64,000 nt of DNA, from assembly GCA_045535095.1 (NCBI GenBank), contig JAZSKY010000071.1:2095-66094 (forward strand), written 5' to 3'. The notes beneath the pieces are model-generated. The model did not search any database and was not told the origin of the DNA. It saw only the letters and a program-made list of their open reading frames with translations. The DNA comes from Eubacteriales bacterium. Its GTDB lineage: Bacteria > Bacillota > Clostridia > Oscillospirales > CAG-272. Positions 10,748 to 20,640 of this stretch are shown piece after piece. The stretch's first letter is position 1; each line of letters opens with the position of its first letter. The position numbers were made by a program, and so were the translations under genes.

Positions 10748-11857
10748 TTACGGATCGAGATAATCCTTGAGACGCTTGGAGCGGCTGGGGTGACGGAGCT
10801 TACGGAGAGCCTTTGCCTCTATCTGACGGATACGCTCTCTTGTGATGTTGAACTCCTTACCAACCTCCTCGAGTGTTCTCGCGCGACCGTCGGTAAGACC
10901 GAAGCGGAGCATAAGAACGTGCTCTTCTCTTGGGGTGAGGGTGTGAAGCACCTCGAGAAGCTGCTCTCTGAGCATCGTCTGAGAAACTGCCTCGGAGGGA
11001 GCGGGCGAATCGTCGTCCTGAATGAAGTCTCCGAGGTGGCTGTCCTCTTCCTCGCCTATCGGCATTTCAAGAGAAACAGGATCGAGCGCGATCTTCGAGA
11101 TCTCGCGTACCTTCTCGGGGGAAATTTCCATCTTCTTTGCTATCTCGTCGATAGTGGGCTCGTGTCCAAGCTCCTGAAGAAGCTGGCGCGAAACTCTCGA
11201 AACCTTATGAATGGTCTCAACCATGTGAACGGGAATTCTTATCGTTCTTGCCTGATCGGCGATAGCTCTCGTTATTGCCTGTCTTATCCACCACGTAGCG
11301 TAAGTAGAGAACTTGTATCCCTTGCGGTAGTCAAACTTTTCAACCGACTTAAGAAGTCCGAGGTTACCCTCCTGAATGAGGTCGAGGAAGGAAAGTCCTC
11401 TGCCCGAATGTCTCTTTGCAATGCTTACAAGGAGACGGAGGTTTGCTTCAACGAGATCGTTCTTCGCCTTTTCGTCGCCCTCAAACATCTTCTGGGCAAG
11501 CTCTGCCTCGCGCTCTGCGCTGAGAAGCGCGACCTTACCGATCTCCTTGAGATACATTCTTACGGGGTCATCGATAGCAAGACCCTCCTGCGCGAGCATC
11601 TTTTCCATATCCTCGGCAGATTCGTACTGCTCGATCTCGCTTTCGATCTCGCTTGCGTCACCGTGCTTGATGTATCCGTCTATTTCGTCGTCGGATATAT
11701 CGTCGTTGATATCGAAGGACTGCTCGAGTCCGTCGAGTCCGAGATCATCGTCGTCAAGCGAGGAAACGAGCTCGCTTTCAGAGTAGCACGCCTGCGTGTC
11801 GCCCTTGCCGATGATGTCATGCACGTCGATAATATTGTCTTCGTCGTGAATTTTCAT
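10748..11857 (-). CDS. rpoD: Primary RNA polymerase sigma factor
   Basis: 369 aa. Acidic N-terminus, then regions 1.2-4, including [17 protein letters not shown] and [20 protein letters not shown]. Confidence 0.96.
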   Translation of the reverse strand: MKIHDEDNIIDVHDIIGKGDTQACYSESELVSSLDDDDLGLDGLEQSFDINDDISDDEIDGYIKHGDASEIESEIEQYESAEDMEKMLAQEGLAIDDPVRMYLKEIGKVALLSAEREAELAQKMFEGDEKAKNDLVEANLRLLVSIAKRHSGRGLSFLDLIQEGNLGLLKSVEKFDYRKGYKFSTYATWWIRQAITRAIADQARTIRIPVHMVETIHKVSRVSRQLLQELGHEPTIDEIAKKMEISPEKVREISKIALDPVSLEMPIGEEEDSHLGDFIQDDDSPAPSEAVSQTMLREQLLEVLHTLTPREEHVLMLRFGLTDGRARTLEEVGKEFNITRERIRQIEAKALRKLRHPSRSKRLKDYLDP

Positions 11858-11944
11858 TTATTTTCTTCCTTTCCCGAGAAGCAGAGCTTCTCTTTTCTTT
11901 TGTTTTTTACGTTTGATTTATTTTTTCGTCCTTTCGGGCGATAT

Positions 11945-13705
11945 TTACTGCTTTGCCTTCTCGCGCTTCATTTTTATAATGTCGTCGATTCCAAGCTCGC
12001 TTCTGTCCTTTGAAGTGCGAAGCGTTTCTCTGCACTCTGCAATTACTCCGACGGTATTATTAGTCAGAGCGCGTCTTGTGATGCAGAGCTTGGTCACGCG
12101 CTCGATCTCCTCGACCTCGAGGTATTCACCGAGTGCGCCTTGAAGCGCCTGTCCGTCGATCGACTCGCCGCCGATGATCTCAAGCATCGCACCGATAACC
12201 TTCTTTCCGAACGAGGTGAACATCTCGTCCGCAGTTATGGGATCGCCCTTTTTCTCAAGCTCGATGGCGTATTCGGGGTGCATAAGCAAAATACCGATGA
12301 TAGCGTTTTCTGCCGACGCCGCCTTCGGATTTTTCACGAAATCGGGATTGACTCTGTCCCCGTAGCCCTCGCTCGAGGTCATTATCTTGCGGCTCTCGTC
12401 CTTTTCGGCGTTTCTTCTGCGAGTTGCCATAATTCTCTCAACGTCGCGCTTCATCGCGTCGGGTGTAATTCCGAGCTTCGGGGCGGCGTGATAGATGTAT
12501 ATTTCTCTTTCCGCGGCAGAATAGGTCTGCGCTATCAGCTTTTCACATTCGTCAAGCGCCTTTATCTTATCGGCGGTTGCCGAGAAATCGTACTTCCCGA
12601 GGATCTTGCCGAATTTATATTCAAACTCGGTCTGCGATCCCTCGATTATCTTGCGGAATGCCTCCGAGCCGAATTTCTTTATGTATTCGTCGGGGTCCTT
12701 TGCACCGTTCATACGGAGTATCTTCGTCTCGACTCCGACCTCGCCGAGCAGTCTGAACGCCTTATCGGCGGCATTCTGTCCCGCCTCGTCGCTATCGTAC
12801 GAGATAATAACCTTTTTCGTGTATCTCTTGAGCATTCTCGCGTGCTCGGGAGTGATAGCAGTGCCGAGCGTTGCGACTGCGTTTGTAAATCCGGCGCAGT
12901 GCAGTGCGATAACGTCCATATATCCCTCGCAGAGTATTATCTGCTCGGAGCAGTAATTTTTCGCAAAATTCATTGCAAAGAGGTTTCTGCTCTTTTTGAA
13001 GGCGGGGGTATCGGACGAGTTAAGGTATTTCGGCTTCGAGTCGTCCATAACTCTGCCGCCGAATGCGATAACGTCTCCCGTTGTGCTGAGTATCGGGAAT
13101 ATTACCCTGTTTCTGAAATAATCGTACGGTCTGCCCGTTTTCTGACTCACTCCGCAAAGGAAGGCGGACGCCATTTCGTGATCGCGGTATCCCTTTGAGC
13201 GAAGAAGGTCGGTCAGCGCGCCGAAGCTGTTGGGCGCAAAGCCGAGACCGAAATGTCTTATGTGCGAATTGGAGAGTCCTCTTTTTTTAGTGAGGTACTC
13301 GTATCCCTCTCTGCCCTCCTCGGACATCAGCTTTTCGTGGAAGAACCTTGCGGCTATCTTATTCATTTCAAGAGTACGCTCTCTGCGGAGAGATTCCTTC
13401 TTATCCTGCGTACTCTCGTTTATCGTGATTCCAACGCGCTTTGCGAGAAATTCGAGCGCGCCGCGATAGTCGAGATTTTCAGCCTTGCGGACGAAGTTTA
13501 TAACGTCTCCGCCTGCTCCGCAACCGAAGCAGTAGAAGTTACCCTCTCCCGAAAAGACGGTGAACGAGGGAGATTTTTCGCTGTGAAAGGGGCAAAGACC
13601 GACCTGATTCGAGCCTGCGCGCTTCAGCGTGACGTACTGTGAGATAACGTCCTCGATATTATTTCTGAATTTTATTTCCTCAATAACTGCCTGCTCGATA
13701 GCCAT
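11945..13705 (-). CDS. dnaG: DNA primase
   Basis: 586 aa. Zinc ribbon CPFHSEKSPSFTV...YCFGCGAGGD and a TOPRIM domain (EGYMDVI). Confidence 0.96.
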   Translation of the reverse strand: MAIEQAVIEEIKFRNNIEDVISQYVTLKRAGSNQVGLCPFHSEKSPSFTVFSGEGNFYCFGCGAGGDVINFVRKAENLDYRGALEFLAKRVGITINESTQDKKESLRRERTLEMNKIAARFFHEKLMSEEGREGYEYLTKKRGLSNSHIRHFGLGFAPNSFGALTDLLRSKGYRDHEMASAFLCGVSQKTGRPYDYFRNRVIFPILSTTGDVIAFGGRVMDDSKPKYLNSSDTPAFKKSRNLFAMNFAKNYCSEQIILCEGYMDVIALHCAGFTNAVATLGTAITPEHARMLKRYTKKVIISYDSDEAGQNAADKAFRLLGEVGVETKILRMNGAKDPDEYIKKFGSEAFRKIIEGSQTEFEYKFGKILGKYDFSATADKIKALDECEKLIAQTYSAAEREIYIYHAAPKLGITPDAMKRDVERIMATRRRNAEKDESRKIMTSSEGYGDRVNPDFVKNPKAASAENAIIGILLMHPEYAIELEKKGDPITADEMFTSFGKKVIGAMLEIIGGESIDGQALQGALGEYLEVEEIERVTKLCITRRALTNNTVGVIAECRETLRTSKDRSELGIDDIIKMKREKAKQ

Positions 13706-13738
13706 ATCTTTTCCTCCTTTCAGGAATTTTTAGTATTT

Positions 13739-14671
13739 TCAGATTCCGAGCATCGGATAGACTGCCGCATTTATGTAGTCGGCAACTCTTATCTGTGCGT
13801 CGGTGAAGGCTTCGTTTTCCTTCTGTGCAAGTCCTATAACGTAGTGCTTGCCATTTTCGTCGGGATAGAAATCGGTAGTGCCGATCTCGTCAAGTACGAT
13901 TTTTCCTGCCTCGGAGAGCTTAAAGAGGTCTCTGTCTCCCTCTACTGCCCAAAGCAGGGTTGCAGGATCCCACGAAGCGCGTCCTATCGAATTGTGGAAG
14001 CCTATGAACGCCATAGTGAGCGGATGGCTCTCGCCAAGTATTTCTACTGCGCGCTTGCCCGTTATCATAGTGAGCGCCACCTCAAAGGGGAGCGTGTATA
14101 TCTCGTTTCTGCAAAGCTTAAAGACCTTCTGCGACGCCTCTGCATCAACCTTTACGTTAAATTCGGGACGGTTCTTTCCGTTTTCGTCAGGCTCAAATCC
14201 GCCCGCCATAAGAACGAGGCGCGAGCATTTTTCCTCCATAAGAGACGCTCCGTCAAGATGACTTATCTCGTCTGCCGTACTTTCAAGAAGTCCTGCGATA
14301 TTGGTGAGCGGTCCTATCGCGCAGAGGGTGACCTCTCCGTCCGACTCTGCAAGCGTTTTTCTGAGAAGCTTTACCGCGCTCTGTACGGGAGAAGTGTCCC
14401 CTTCCTTACCGAACGTTTCGTATATCTTACAAACGTATTTATCTCCTCTCGGGTTCTCGGTGGACATCTGTCCCATTATCGGAGGCTCTTCTCCGTATGC
14501 GCGGTAAAGTCCGATAATTCCCGCCGAAGCGTAGGGCGAGGGGTGGGATATGGTTATTGCAAGCGGATCTACGATTCCCTTTCTCTTTGAGGCTATCATA
14601 TAGGATATAGCCATCATATCGTCGCAGTCACTTCATACGTCGGTATCAAGTATAAGCTTTATAGGTTTCAT
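13739..14671 (-). pseudogene. Inosine-uridine-preferring nucleoside hydrolase family gene interrupted by an in-frame TGA
   Basis: GGAGGAAAGACA then ATG at 14671 gives MKPIKLILDTDV, then TGA (14635-14633), then SDCDDMMAISY... in the same frame. The stop replaces the Gly of the DTDxGxDD motif. The track only shows the 292-aa part downstream of the stop. Confidence 0.75.
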
Positions 14672-14889
14672 TGTCTTTCCTCCGCTCTGTCGCGCATAGC
14701 GATATTACTACACTATATAATATACGCATTTTTTTCAAAAAACCCTTTTTTTCATTATAACGACTTATTTTGTCAAATAAAGTCCTCTTTTCAAATATTT
14801 ACAGTTAGTTCACAAATTTCTACCCTATTATGATTTAAAATCTTTATATAATAGATTTATTAGGTCACACGCGAAAGGACGGCAAGGTT

Positions 14890-15987
14890 TTGATAAAGGT
14901 ACAAAATCTCACAAAACGCTACGGAAGCTATACTGCAATAAAGGACGTTTCCTTTAAAATAGATAGCGGACACATATACGGACTCCTCGGCGCCAACGGT
15001 GCCGGAAAATCCACGACGATGAATATTATAACGGGCGCGATAGCTCCCACCTCGGGAAGAGTCTCTGTCTGCTCGTATGATCTTTTCACGCAGAGCGAAA
15101 AGGCGAAGGCGTGCATCGGCTATCTGCCCGAGACGCCTCCCCTTTACACCGATATGACTCCGCGCGAGTATCTCTCCTTCGTGGCAGAGGCGCGAGGATT
15201 TGTGAAGGACGCACCGTCTCACATCGAGGAAATCGCCGAGAAAACGGGAATCTCGCACGTGCTTGACAGACTTATAAAGAATCTCTCAAAGGGATATAAG
15301 CAGAGAGTCGGCATAGCTCAGGCTCTTATCGGAGATCCTCAAATAATCATTCTTGACGAGCCGACCTCAGGTCTTGATCCTATGCAGATAATCGAAATAC
15401 GCGAGCTTATTTCCTCGCTCTCTCCCGAGCATACCGTTATAATCTCAAGCCACATTCTCTCCGAAATAGAGGAGGTCTGCGACAGAGTTATAATCATATC
15501 GGACGGACGCGTGATTGCCTGCGGCAGTCCCGACGAGTTAAGACAAGAGCTTCTCGGTCCCGACACTCTCGTTATCGAGACGAGGGCGTCCGCTATGCAG
15601 ACTGCCGAAATACTCAAATCCGTCGGCATTACCGAAAAGGTAAATATCTGCGAGACCGAAAACGGTACTTGCAAGGCAGAGGCCGAGATCACCGACTCGC
15701 CCGAAATACGCGAAAAGATATTCTTTGCCTTTTCAAGCGCAAAGAAGGCTCTTCTAACGCTTGATATAAAGAGTCCGAGCCTCGAGGACGTATTTCTCCT
15801 TGCAACCGGCGAGGAAAAGGACGTCGGCGAAGATGACGGCGAAAATGAGACGAAAAGCGAGGGCGCGCTCCCCTCTATCGTAGAATTTCTCCGAAAGAGC
15901 GCAAAAAACAGTAACAGCGACGACGGGGACGACGAGGACGGCGATGATGACGACGAGTCATACAGACCTCTCTTCGGACGCAGATAA
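14890..15987 (+). CDS. ABC transporter ATP-binding protein (ABC-2/GldA-like) with an acidic C-terminal tail
   Basis: TTG start. Walker A GANGAGKST, signature LSKGYKQR and Walker B IIILDEP. The last ~70 aa are rich in D and E. Confidence 0.9.
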   Translation: MIKVQNLTKRYGSYTAIKDVSFKIDSGHIYGLLGANGAGKSTTMNIITGAIAPTSGRVSVCSYDLFTQSEKAKACIGYLPETPPLYTDMTPREYLSFVAEARGFVKDAPSHIEEIAEKTGISHVLDRLIKNLSKGYKQRVGIAQALIGDPQIIILDEPTSGLDPMQIIEIRELISSLSPEHTVIISSHILSEIEEVCDRVIIISDGRVIACGSPDELRQELLGPDTLVIETRASAMQTAEILKSVGITEKVNICETENGTCKAEAEITDSPEIREKIFFAFSSAKKALLTLDIKSPSLEDVFLLATGEEKDVGEDDGENETKSEGALPSIVEFLRKSAKNSNSDDGDDEDGDDDDESYRPLFGRR

Positions 15988-16004
15988 AGAAAGGAAATTT
16001 TGAT

Positions 16005-16871
16005 ATGCTTGCCGTTTACAAACGCGAAATGAAAAGCTTTTTTGACGGACTTACCGGATATATCTCGATTGCCTTCTTTCTTCTGTTTGCAGGTATATTC
16101 GTAAGCGTTACGAATCTTTTCGTCGGAACGTCCTCAATAGAGGCGTCCTACTCACTCACGGTTTTCGTGTATCTTATTGCGATACCGATACTGACTATGA
16201 AAATAATGTCCGAGGAGAAAAGGGGCGGAAGCTTTATTCTTCTTCGTACCCTTCCCTTCAAAACGCGCGACTATATTATCGGAAAATACCTTGCGCTCGT
16301 TACGATGATATTTATTCCGAGCGCTATCATCTTCTCATACACCGCGCCTCTCGCGCTTTACGGAAGAGTTAATATGCTTGCCGCATTTTCGGGCACTCTT
16401 GCCCTCTTTCTGTGCGGATGTGCGCTTGCCGCTATCGGACTTTTCATTTCCTCACTGACAGACTCGGCGGTAGTCTCGGCGCTCCTCTGCTTCGGAGCTA
16501 TGCTCACCGTTTATTTCACACCGACGCTCACTATGCTTATCCCGACGGGCGCGATAGCATCTCTTCTTATATTCTCGCTTATGATAGTTGCCATCTCCTT
16601 TATAATCTACCGCCTCGCATCGAGCGACACCTTCGCTCTTTCGTGCGCGATAGTTATGGAGATAATACTTCTCATAATCTATTTTGCAAAGTCCGAGCTG
16701 CTTGAGGGTGCTGTGGCAAAGGTCCTTTCGTGCATCGCGGTAACGAGCCGTCTTGACTCGTTTACTACGTCCGCGATACTCGACCTTCCCTCTCTGCTTT
16801 ATTTCATCACCGTCTCGCTTGTTTTCGTATTCTTCGCTCACGAAGTATCCGAAAAGGCGCGTCTCGGTTAA
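16005..16871 (+). CDS. ABC-2 type permease (GldF-like)
   Basis: 288 aa with about 6 TM segments, directly after the ATPase. Confidence 0.8.
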   Translation: MLAVYKREMKSFFDGLTGYISIAFFLLFAGIFVSVTNLFVGTSSIEASYSLTVFVYLIAIPILTMKIMSEEKRGGSFILLRTLPFKTRDYIIGKYLALVTMIFIPSAIIFSYTAPLALYGRVNMLAAFSGTLALFLCGCALAAIGLFISSLTDSAVVSALLCFGAMLTVYFTPTLTMLIPTGAIASLLIFSLMIVAISFIIYRLASSDTFALSCAIVMEIILLIIYFAKSELLEGAVAKVLSCIAVTSRLDSFTTSAILDLPSLLYFITVSLVFVFFAHEVSEKARLG

Positions 16872-16886
16872 AAGGAGGGGAAAACT

Positions 16887-18377
16887 GTGAAAAGACAAGA
16901 AAACAGAGGCTCTTACGGACCTCTTGGCGTTATAACCATCGCGGCGGTGCTTCTTATAGCACTCGGCGTCAATCTCCTTTTCGGACTCCTGCCCGACAGC
17001 ATTTTAAGATCGGATATATCGACAGAGCGCCTTACCCACGTCTCAGACGAGGCAAAGGACTATCTTGCGAAAAACCTCAGCGGCGAGATAGAGATTTATC
17101 TCGTTGCCGAGTCGGGAATGGAGGATATTTCGCTTTCCGAATTTCTTTCCCGTCTTTCCTCGCTCGACGAGAGAATGACGTTTTCTGCGGTAGATCCCAC
17201 CGTCAAAAGATCGTTCCTTGAAAATCTTACGGGCGAGTCTCCCGACGAGATAGTGAACAACACGCTTATCGTACGCGGAGAAAAATACGGCTCTGTAAAG
17301 ACTGTCGATCCCTATACCCTTTACAGCTACGAGGTATTTCTTATCGACGCAGACCTTGGAGAATACGTCTCCTACGGAGAATATCCGTACAGAGAGTTTA
17401 CCTCGGTTTACGCATCGCTCAGCGAGTATTTCAGCAGCGGATACGCCTACTACGAGCAGCGCTTCAACGGTGAGACCGCGATAATTTCGGCTATCGACTA
17501 CGTCCTTACCGATCCCGCAAAGCTGCCCAAGATCTATTTCACCGCGCTTCACGGAGAAATACCGACAAGCGAGTCGCTTGCCGAGCAGCTTGAGCTTTCA
17601 AATCTCCCGTCCGAGTCGCTGAACATCGCTGATACTATTCCGAGTGACGCGGGAGTTATCGTAATGAATTCGCCCTCAAACGATATTACAGAGACAGAGG
17701 CTTCTCTTCTTTCCTCCTATCTCGCGCTCGGCGGAAAGCTTTTCGTTATAACCGACTACACGAAGGTGGCATCTCTTGAAAATCTTGCCAAGGTGCTTGA
17801 GACCTACGGTCTTTCGGCGCGCTCCGGCGAGCTTTTTGAGACAAAATCCGAATATCATCTGTCGGGATATCAGAATTCTATTCTCCCCGATTTTTCCCCT
17901 CTTGCCGCGCTTTACGGCGTTGACAACTACTATTTCCTCGCGCGCTCGGCTCACTCTCTCGGAGTCACCGAGACCCAAGGAGTAACTCACACTCATCTTC
18001 TGAAAACGACAGAGAGCGCGTACTACGAGTTCATAGAAAACGGGGAGACGAAAAAGAGCGAGCCATCGCAGTTTTCTATTGCCATCTCCGCCATTAAAAA
18101 CGGAGGCGGAGAGGTAGTATGGTTTGCATCTCCCTATATGCTCACAAAGGAGGATTCCGACCTTGTGGGCGGCGGAAACTATATCCATTTCACGGCAATT
18201 CTCTCCTCTCTCTGCGACAAGCAGAGCGCAAGCTTCGCAACGAGAGCGATGGAGGAGGACACCCTCACGATAAGCGCAGGTCAGGCAGGCTTCTGGGCGG
18301 TAATTATCATCGCGGTAATTCCTGCCGCGGTAATTACTGCAGGTACTGTCAGAGTTATGCGCAGAAAGAGGTCGTGA
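16887..18377 (+). CDS. GldG-like ABC-transporter auxiliary protein (ABC_transp_aux family)
   Basis: GTG start after AAGGAGGGG. 496 aa with N- and C-terminal TM anchors around a large exported domain. It is the third gene of the ATPase/permease/aux triad. Confidence 0.65.
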   Translation: MKRQENRGSYGPLGVITIAAVLLIALGVNLLFGLLPDSILRSDISTERLTHVSDEAKDYLAKNLSGEIEIYLVAESGMEDISLSEFLSRLSSLDERMTFSAVDPTVKRSFLENLTGESPDEIVNNTLIVRGEKYGSVKTVDPYTLYSYEVFLIDADLGEYVSYGEYPYREFTSVYASLSEYFSSGYAYYEQRFNGETAIISAIDYVLTDPAKLPKIYFTALHGEIPTSESLAEQLELSNLPSESLNIADTIPSDAGVIVMNSPSNDITETEASLLSSYLALGGKLFVITDYTKVASLENLAKVLETYGLSARSGELFETKSEYHLSGYQNSILPDFSPLAALYGVDNYYFLARSAHSLGVTETQGVTHTHLLKTTESAYYEFIENGETKKSEPSQFSIAISAIKNGGGEVVWFASPYMLTKEDSDLVGGGNYIHFTAILSSLCDKQSASFATRAMEEDTLTISAGQAGFWAVIIIAVIPAAVITAGTVRVMRRKRS

Positions 18378-18378
18378 T

Positions 18379-19302
18379 TTGAAGAAGCTACGAACCCTTT
18401 GCGTCCTTATTATACTCTGCTTTATAATTTTCGGCGCGTACGTTATCATTCCCCGTCTTTCAGACAAGGGCGACGGCAGTGCCGAAAAGGACGCATATCT
18501 TTACGTTGACCAGAACGACGTCTCACACATCACCGCATTTTCATTTGTCGGCGGTGAGAGCGAGCTTTCCTTCAAAAAGGAAAACGGCGTCTGGGTATAT
18601 CAGAAAAACAAAACTCTCCCGATAAACGCGGTCATTCTGGAGTCTGCGCTTGACAGTCTTGACGTGATCCTTGCAACGAAGATAGTCAGCGAAAGCGGCG
18701 ACGACCTCGCGCAGTACGGACTTGAAAGTCCGCTTTATACTCTCACTATCGAGACCTCTCACGGCAAAAAGTGCTATCTCTTCGGCGATCTTATCGAGTC
18801 CAAAGGACTTCGCTATATGATGGAGGAGGACGCACACACGGTATATCTTACCGAGGACGATATCGTTGAGGCGTTTTCGCTTGAGGTGTCCGACTGCCTT
18901 GCGTCCGACACGCTGACTCTCCCTGAAAAAGAGGACGTTGCATTTGTGACAACAAAATGCGGCGAGTTCTCGCGCACCGAAAGGGGCGAGGAAAACGTCG
19001 CTCTGACAGACGCGCTCTCTTCCCTTTCGCTTGAAAGATGGGTAGATTTCGGATCGGACAAGTTCGATATTTTCGGACTTGCAGACGACGAATATATACT
19101 CGTTACCGTCGAGTCAAGCGACGGCAATATCACGAAAATCAGATTCGGACTCGGCGAGACCGAGGAGTTCATATACGCGCTCGTTGAAAACGAAAGCGGC
19201 GTATTTTCCGAGATGATATATCTTATAGAGTCCGAAAACAAGGACTGTTTAAACTCACACCTTCGCGCCGCTCTTGAGTCGCGCGGGACTATCGGAGAAT
19301 AG
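18379..19302 (+). CDS. DUF4340-like exported protein
   Basis: TTG start 1 nt after the preceding TGA. 307 aa with an N-terminal TM. A gene of this type usually follows GldG-like genes. Confidence 0.55.
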   Translation: MKKLRTLCVLIILCFIIFGAYVIIPRLSDKGDGSAEKDAYLYVDQNDVSHITAFSFVGGESELSFKKENGVWVYQKNKTLPINAVILESALDSLDVILATKIVSESGDDLAQYGLESPLYTLTIETSHGKKCYLFGDLIESKGLRYMMEEDAHTVYLTEDDIVEAFSLEVSDCLASDTLTLPEKEDVAFVTTKCGEFSRTERGEENVALTDALSSLSLERWVDFGSDKFDIFGLADDEYILVTVESSDGNITKIRFGLGETEEFIYALVENESGVFSEMIYLIESENKDCLNSHLRAALESRGTIGE

Positions 19303-19305
19303 TAA

Positions 19306-20634
19306 ATGACAATTCAGTTATCAGATCACTTTACGGTGGGGCGACTTCTTCGCTTCACCGTACCGTCAATAATAATGATGGTATTCACCTCTATCTACGG
19401 AGTTGTGGACGGATATTTCGTATCGAATTTCGTAGGAAAAACGCCTTTTGCGGCGGTAAATTTCATATTCCCGTTTATTATGATACTCGGTACTGTCGGC
19501 TTTATGTTCGGCGCGGGCGGTAGCGCTCTCGTTTCCAAAACGATGGGCGAGGGAGAGACCAAAAAGGCAAACGAGATATTTTCTCTGCTCGTCTATACCG
19601 CCTTTATCCTCGGTATCATAATCACTCTTCTCGGACAGCTTCTCCTCCGCCGTGCCGCCATCTTTCTCGGTGCCCAAGGTCAGCTTCTCGAGGACTCGGT
19701 GCTTTACGGAAGGATAATCCTTTGCGCTCTGCCTACATTCGTTCTTCAAATGGCGTTCCAGAGCTTTTTCGTCACCGCCGAAAAGCCGACTCTCGGTCTT
19801 ATTGCTACTCTCAGTGCAGGCGTTACCAATATGGTGCTTGACGCTCTGCTCGTTGCGATAATACCTCTCGGACTCGTCGGCGCCGCTCTTGCAACCTCGC
19901 TCAGCCAGGTCGTTGGCGGAATCTTCCCTCTTATCTATTTCGGAAGAAAGAACAACAGTCCGCTCCGTCTCACGAAAGCAAAATTCGACGGACGCGCCCT
20001 TCTCCGCACCTGCACAAACGGCTCGTCCGAGCTTATGAGCAACATCTCAATGTCGCTCGTTTCGATGCTATACAACGTTCAGCTTTTAAAGTACGCAGGC
20101 GAAAACGGAATCGCGGCGTACGGCGTTATGATGTACGTAAACTTCGTATTTATCTCGATGTTTATCGGATATTCGATAGGATGCGCACCTATTGTCGGAT
20201 ACCATTTCGGCGCGCGAAACCACGATGAGCTCAAGGGACTTCTCAAAAAGAGCATCGGCATAATTTTGATCTCGTCGGTTGCGATGTTCGTCCTTGCGAT
20301 AGTCCTTGCGAGTCCGATGTCGAAAATGTTCGTCGGATACGACAGGGATCTGTTTGAAATGACTCTCCGCGGCTTCAAGGTGTTCTCCGCGTCCTTCCTT
20401 TTTGCAGGATTTGCGATATTCAGCTCGGGATTTTTCACCGCCCTGAACGACGGTCTGACCTCGGCTATAATCTCCTTCCTCAGAACGCTCGTTTTCCAGA
20501 TAGCCGCAGTTATGCTCCTTCCTCTTATATGGGAGCTTGACGGAATATGGATCTCGATAATCGTTGCAGAGGCAATGGCGGTTTTAGTCTCTGTTTTGTT
20601 TATGATAGCAAAAAAGAAGAAATTTGGATATTAA
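19306..20634 (+). CDS. MATE family efflux transporter
   Basis: 442 aa, 12-TM architecture. The N-terminus LLRFTVPSIIMMVFTSIYGVVDGYFVSNFVG is typical of MatE proteins. Confidence 0.88.
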   Translation: MTIQLSDHFTVGRLLRFTVPSIIMMVFTSIYGVVDGYFVSNFVGKTPFAAVNFIFPFIMILGTVGFMFGAGGSALVSKTMGEGETKKANEIFSLLVYTAFILGIIITLLGQLLLRRAAIFLGAQGQLLEDSVLYGRIILCALPTFVLQMAFQSFFVTAEKPTLGLIATLSAGVTNMVLDALLVAIIPLGLVGAALATSLSQVVGGIFPLIYFGRKNNSPLRLTKAKFDGRALLRTCTNGSSELMSNISMSLVSMLYNVQLLKYAGENGIAAYGVMMYVNFVFISMFIGYSIGCAPIVGYHFGARNHDELKGLLKKSIGIILISSVAMFVLAIVLASPMSKMFVGYDRDLFEMTLRGFKVFSASFLFAGFAIFSSGFFTALNDGLTSAIISFLRTLVFQIAAVMLLPLIWELDGIWISIIVAEAMAVLVSVLFMIAKKKKFGY

Positions 20635-20640
20635 ACAAAA

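Noticed and set aside
14633-14635. An alternative genetic code (TGA = Gly, as in code 25) or selenocysteine as the explanation for the in-frame TGA in the nucleoside hydrolase gene.
   Set aside because: TGA clearly terminates other genes in this window, for example at 18375-18377 (followed 1 nt later by the next start) and at 46551-46553 in an ATGA overlap. The position is a conserved Gly, not a Cys/Sec site, and I see no SECIS-like hairpin directly downstream.
19306-20634. The MATE gene as the missing Wzx flippase of the polysaccharide locus.
   Set aside because: It has a typical MatE drug-efflux N-terminal signature. It is on the opposite strand, in the ABC/DUF4340 operon, and is separated from the locus by two unrelated genes.
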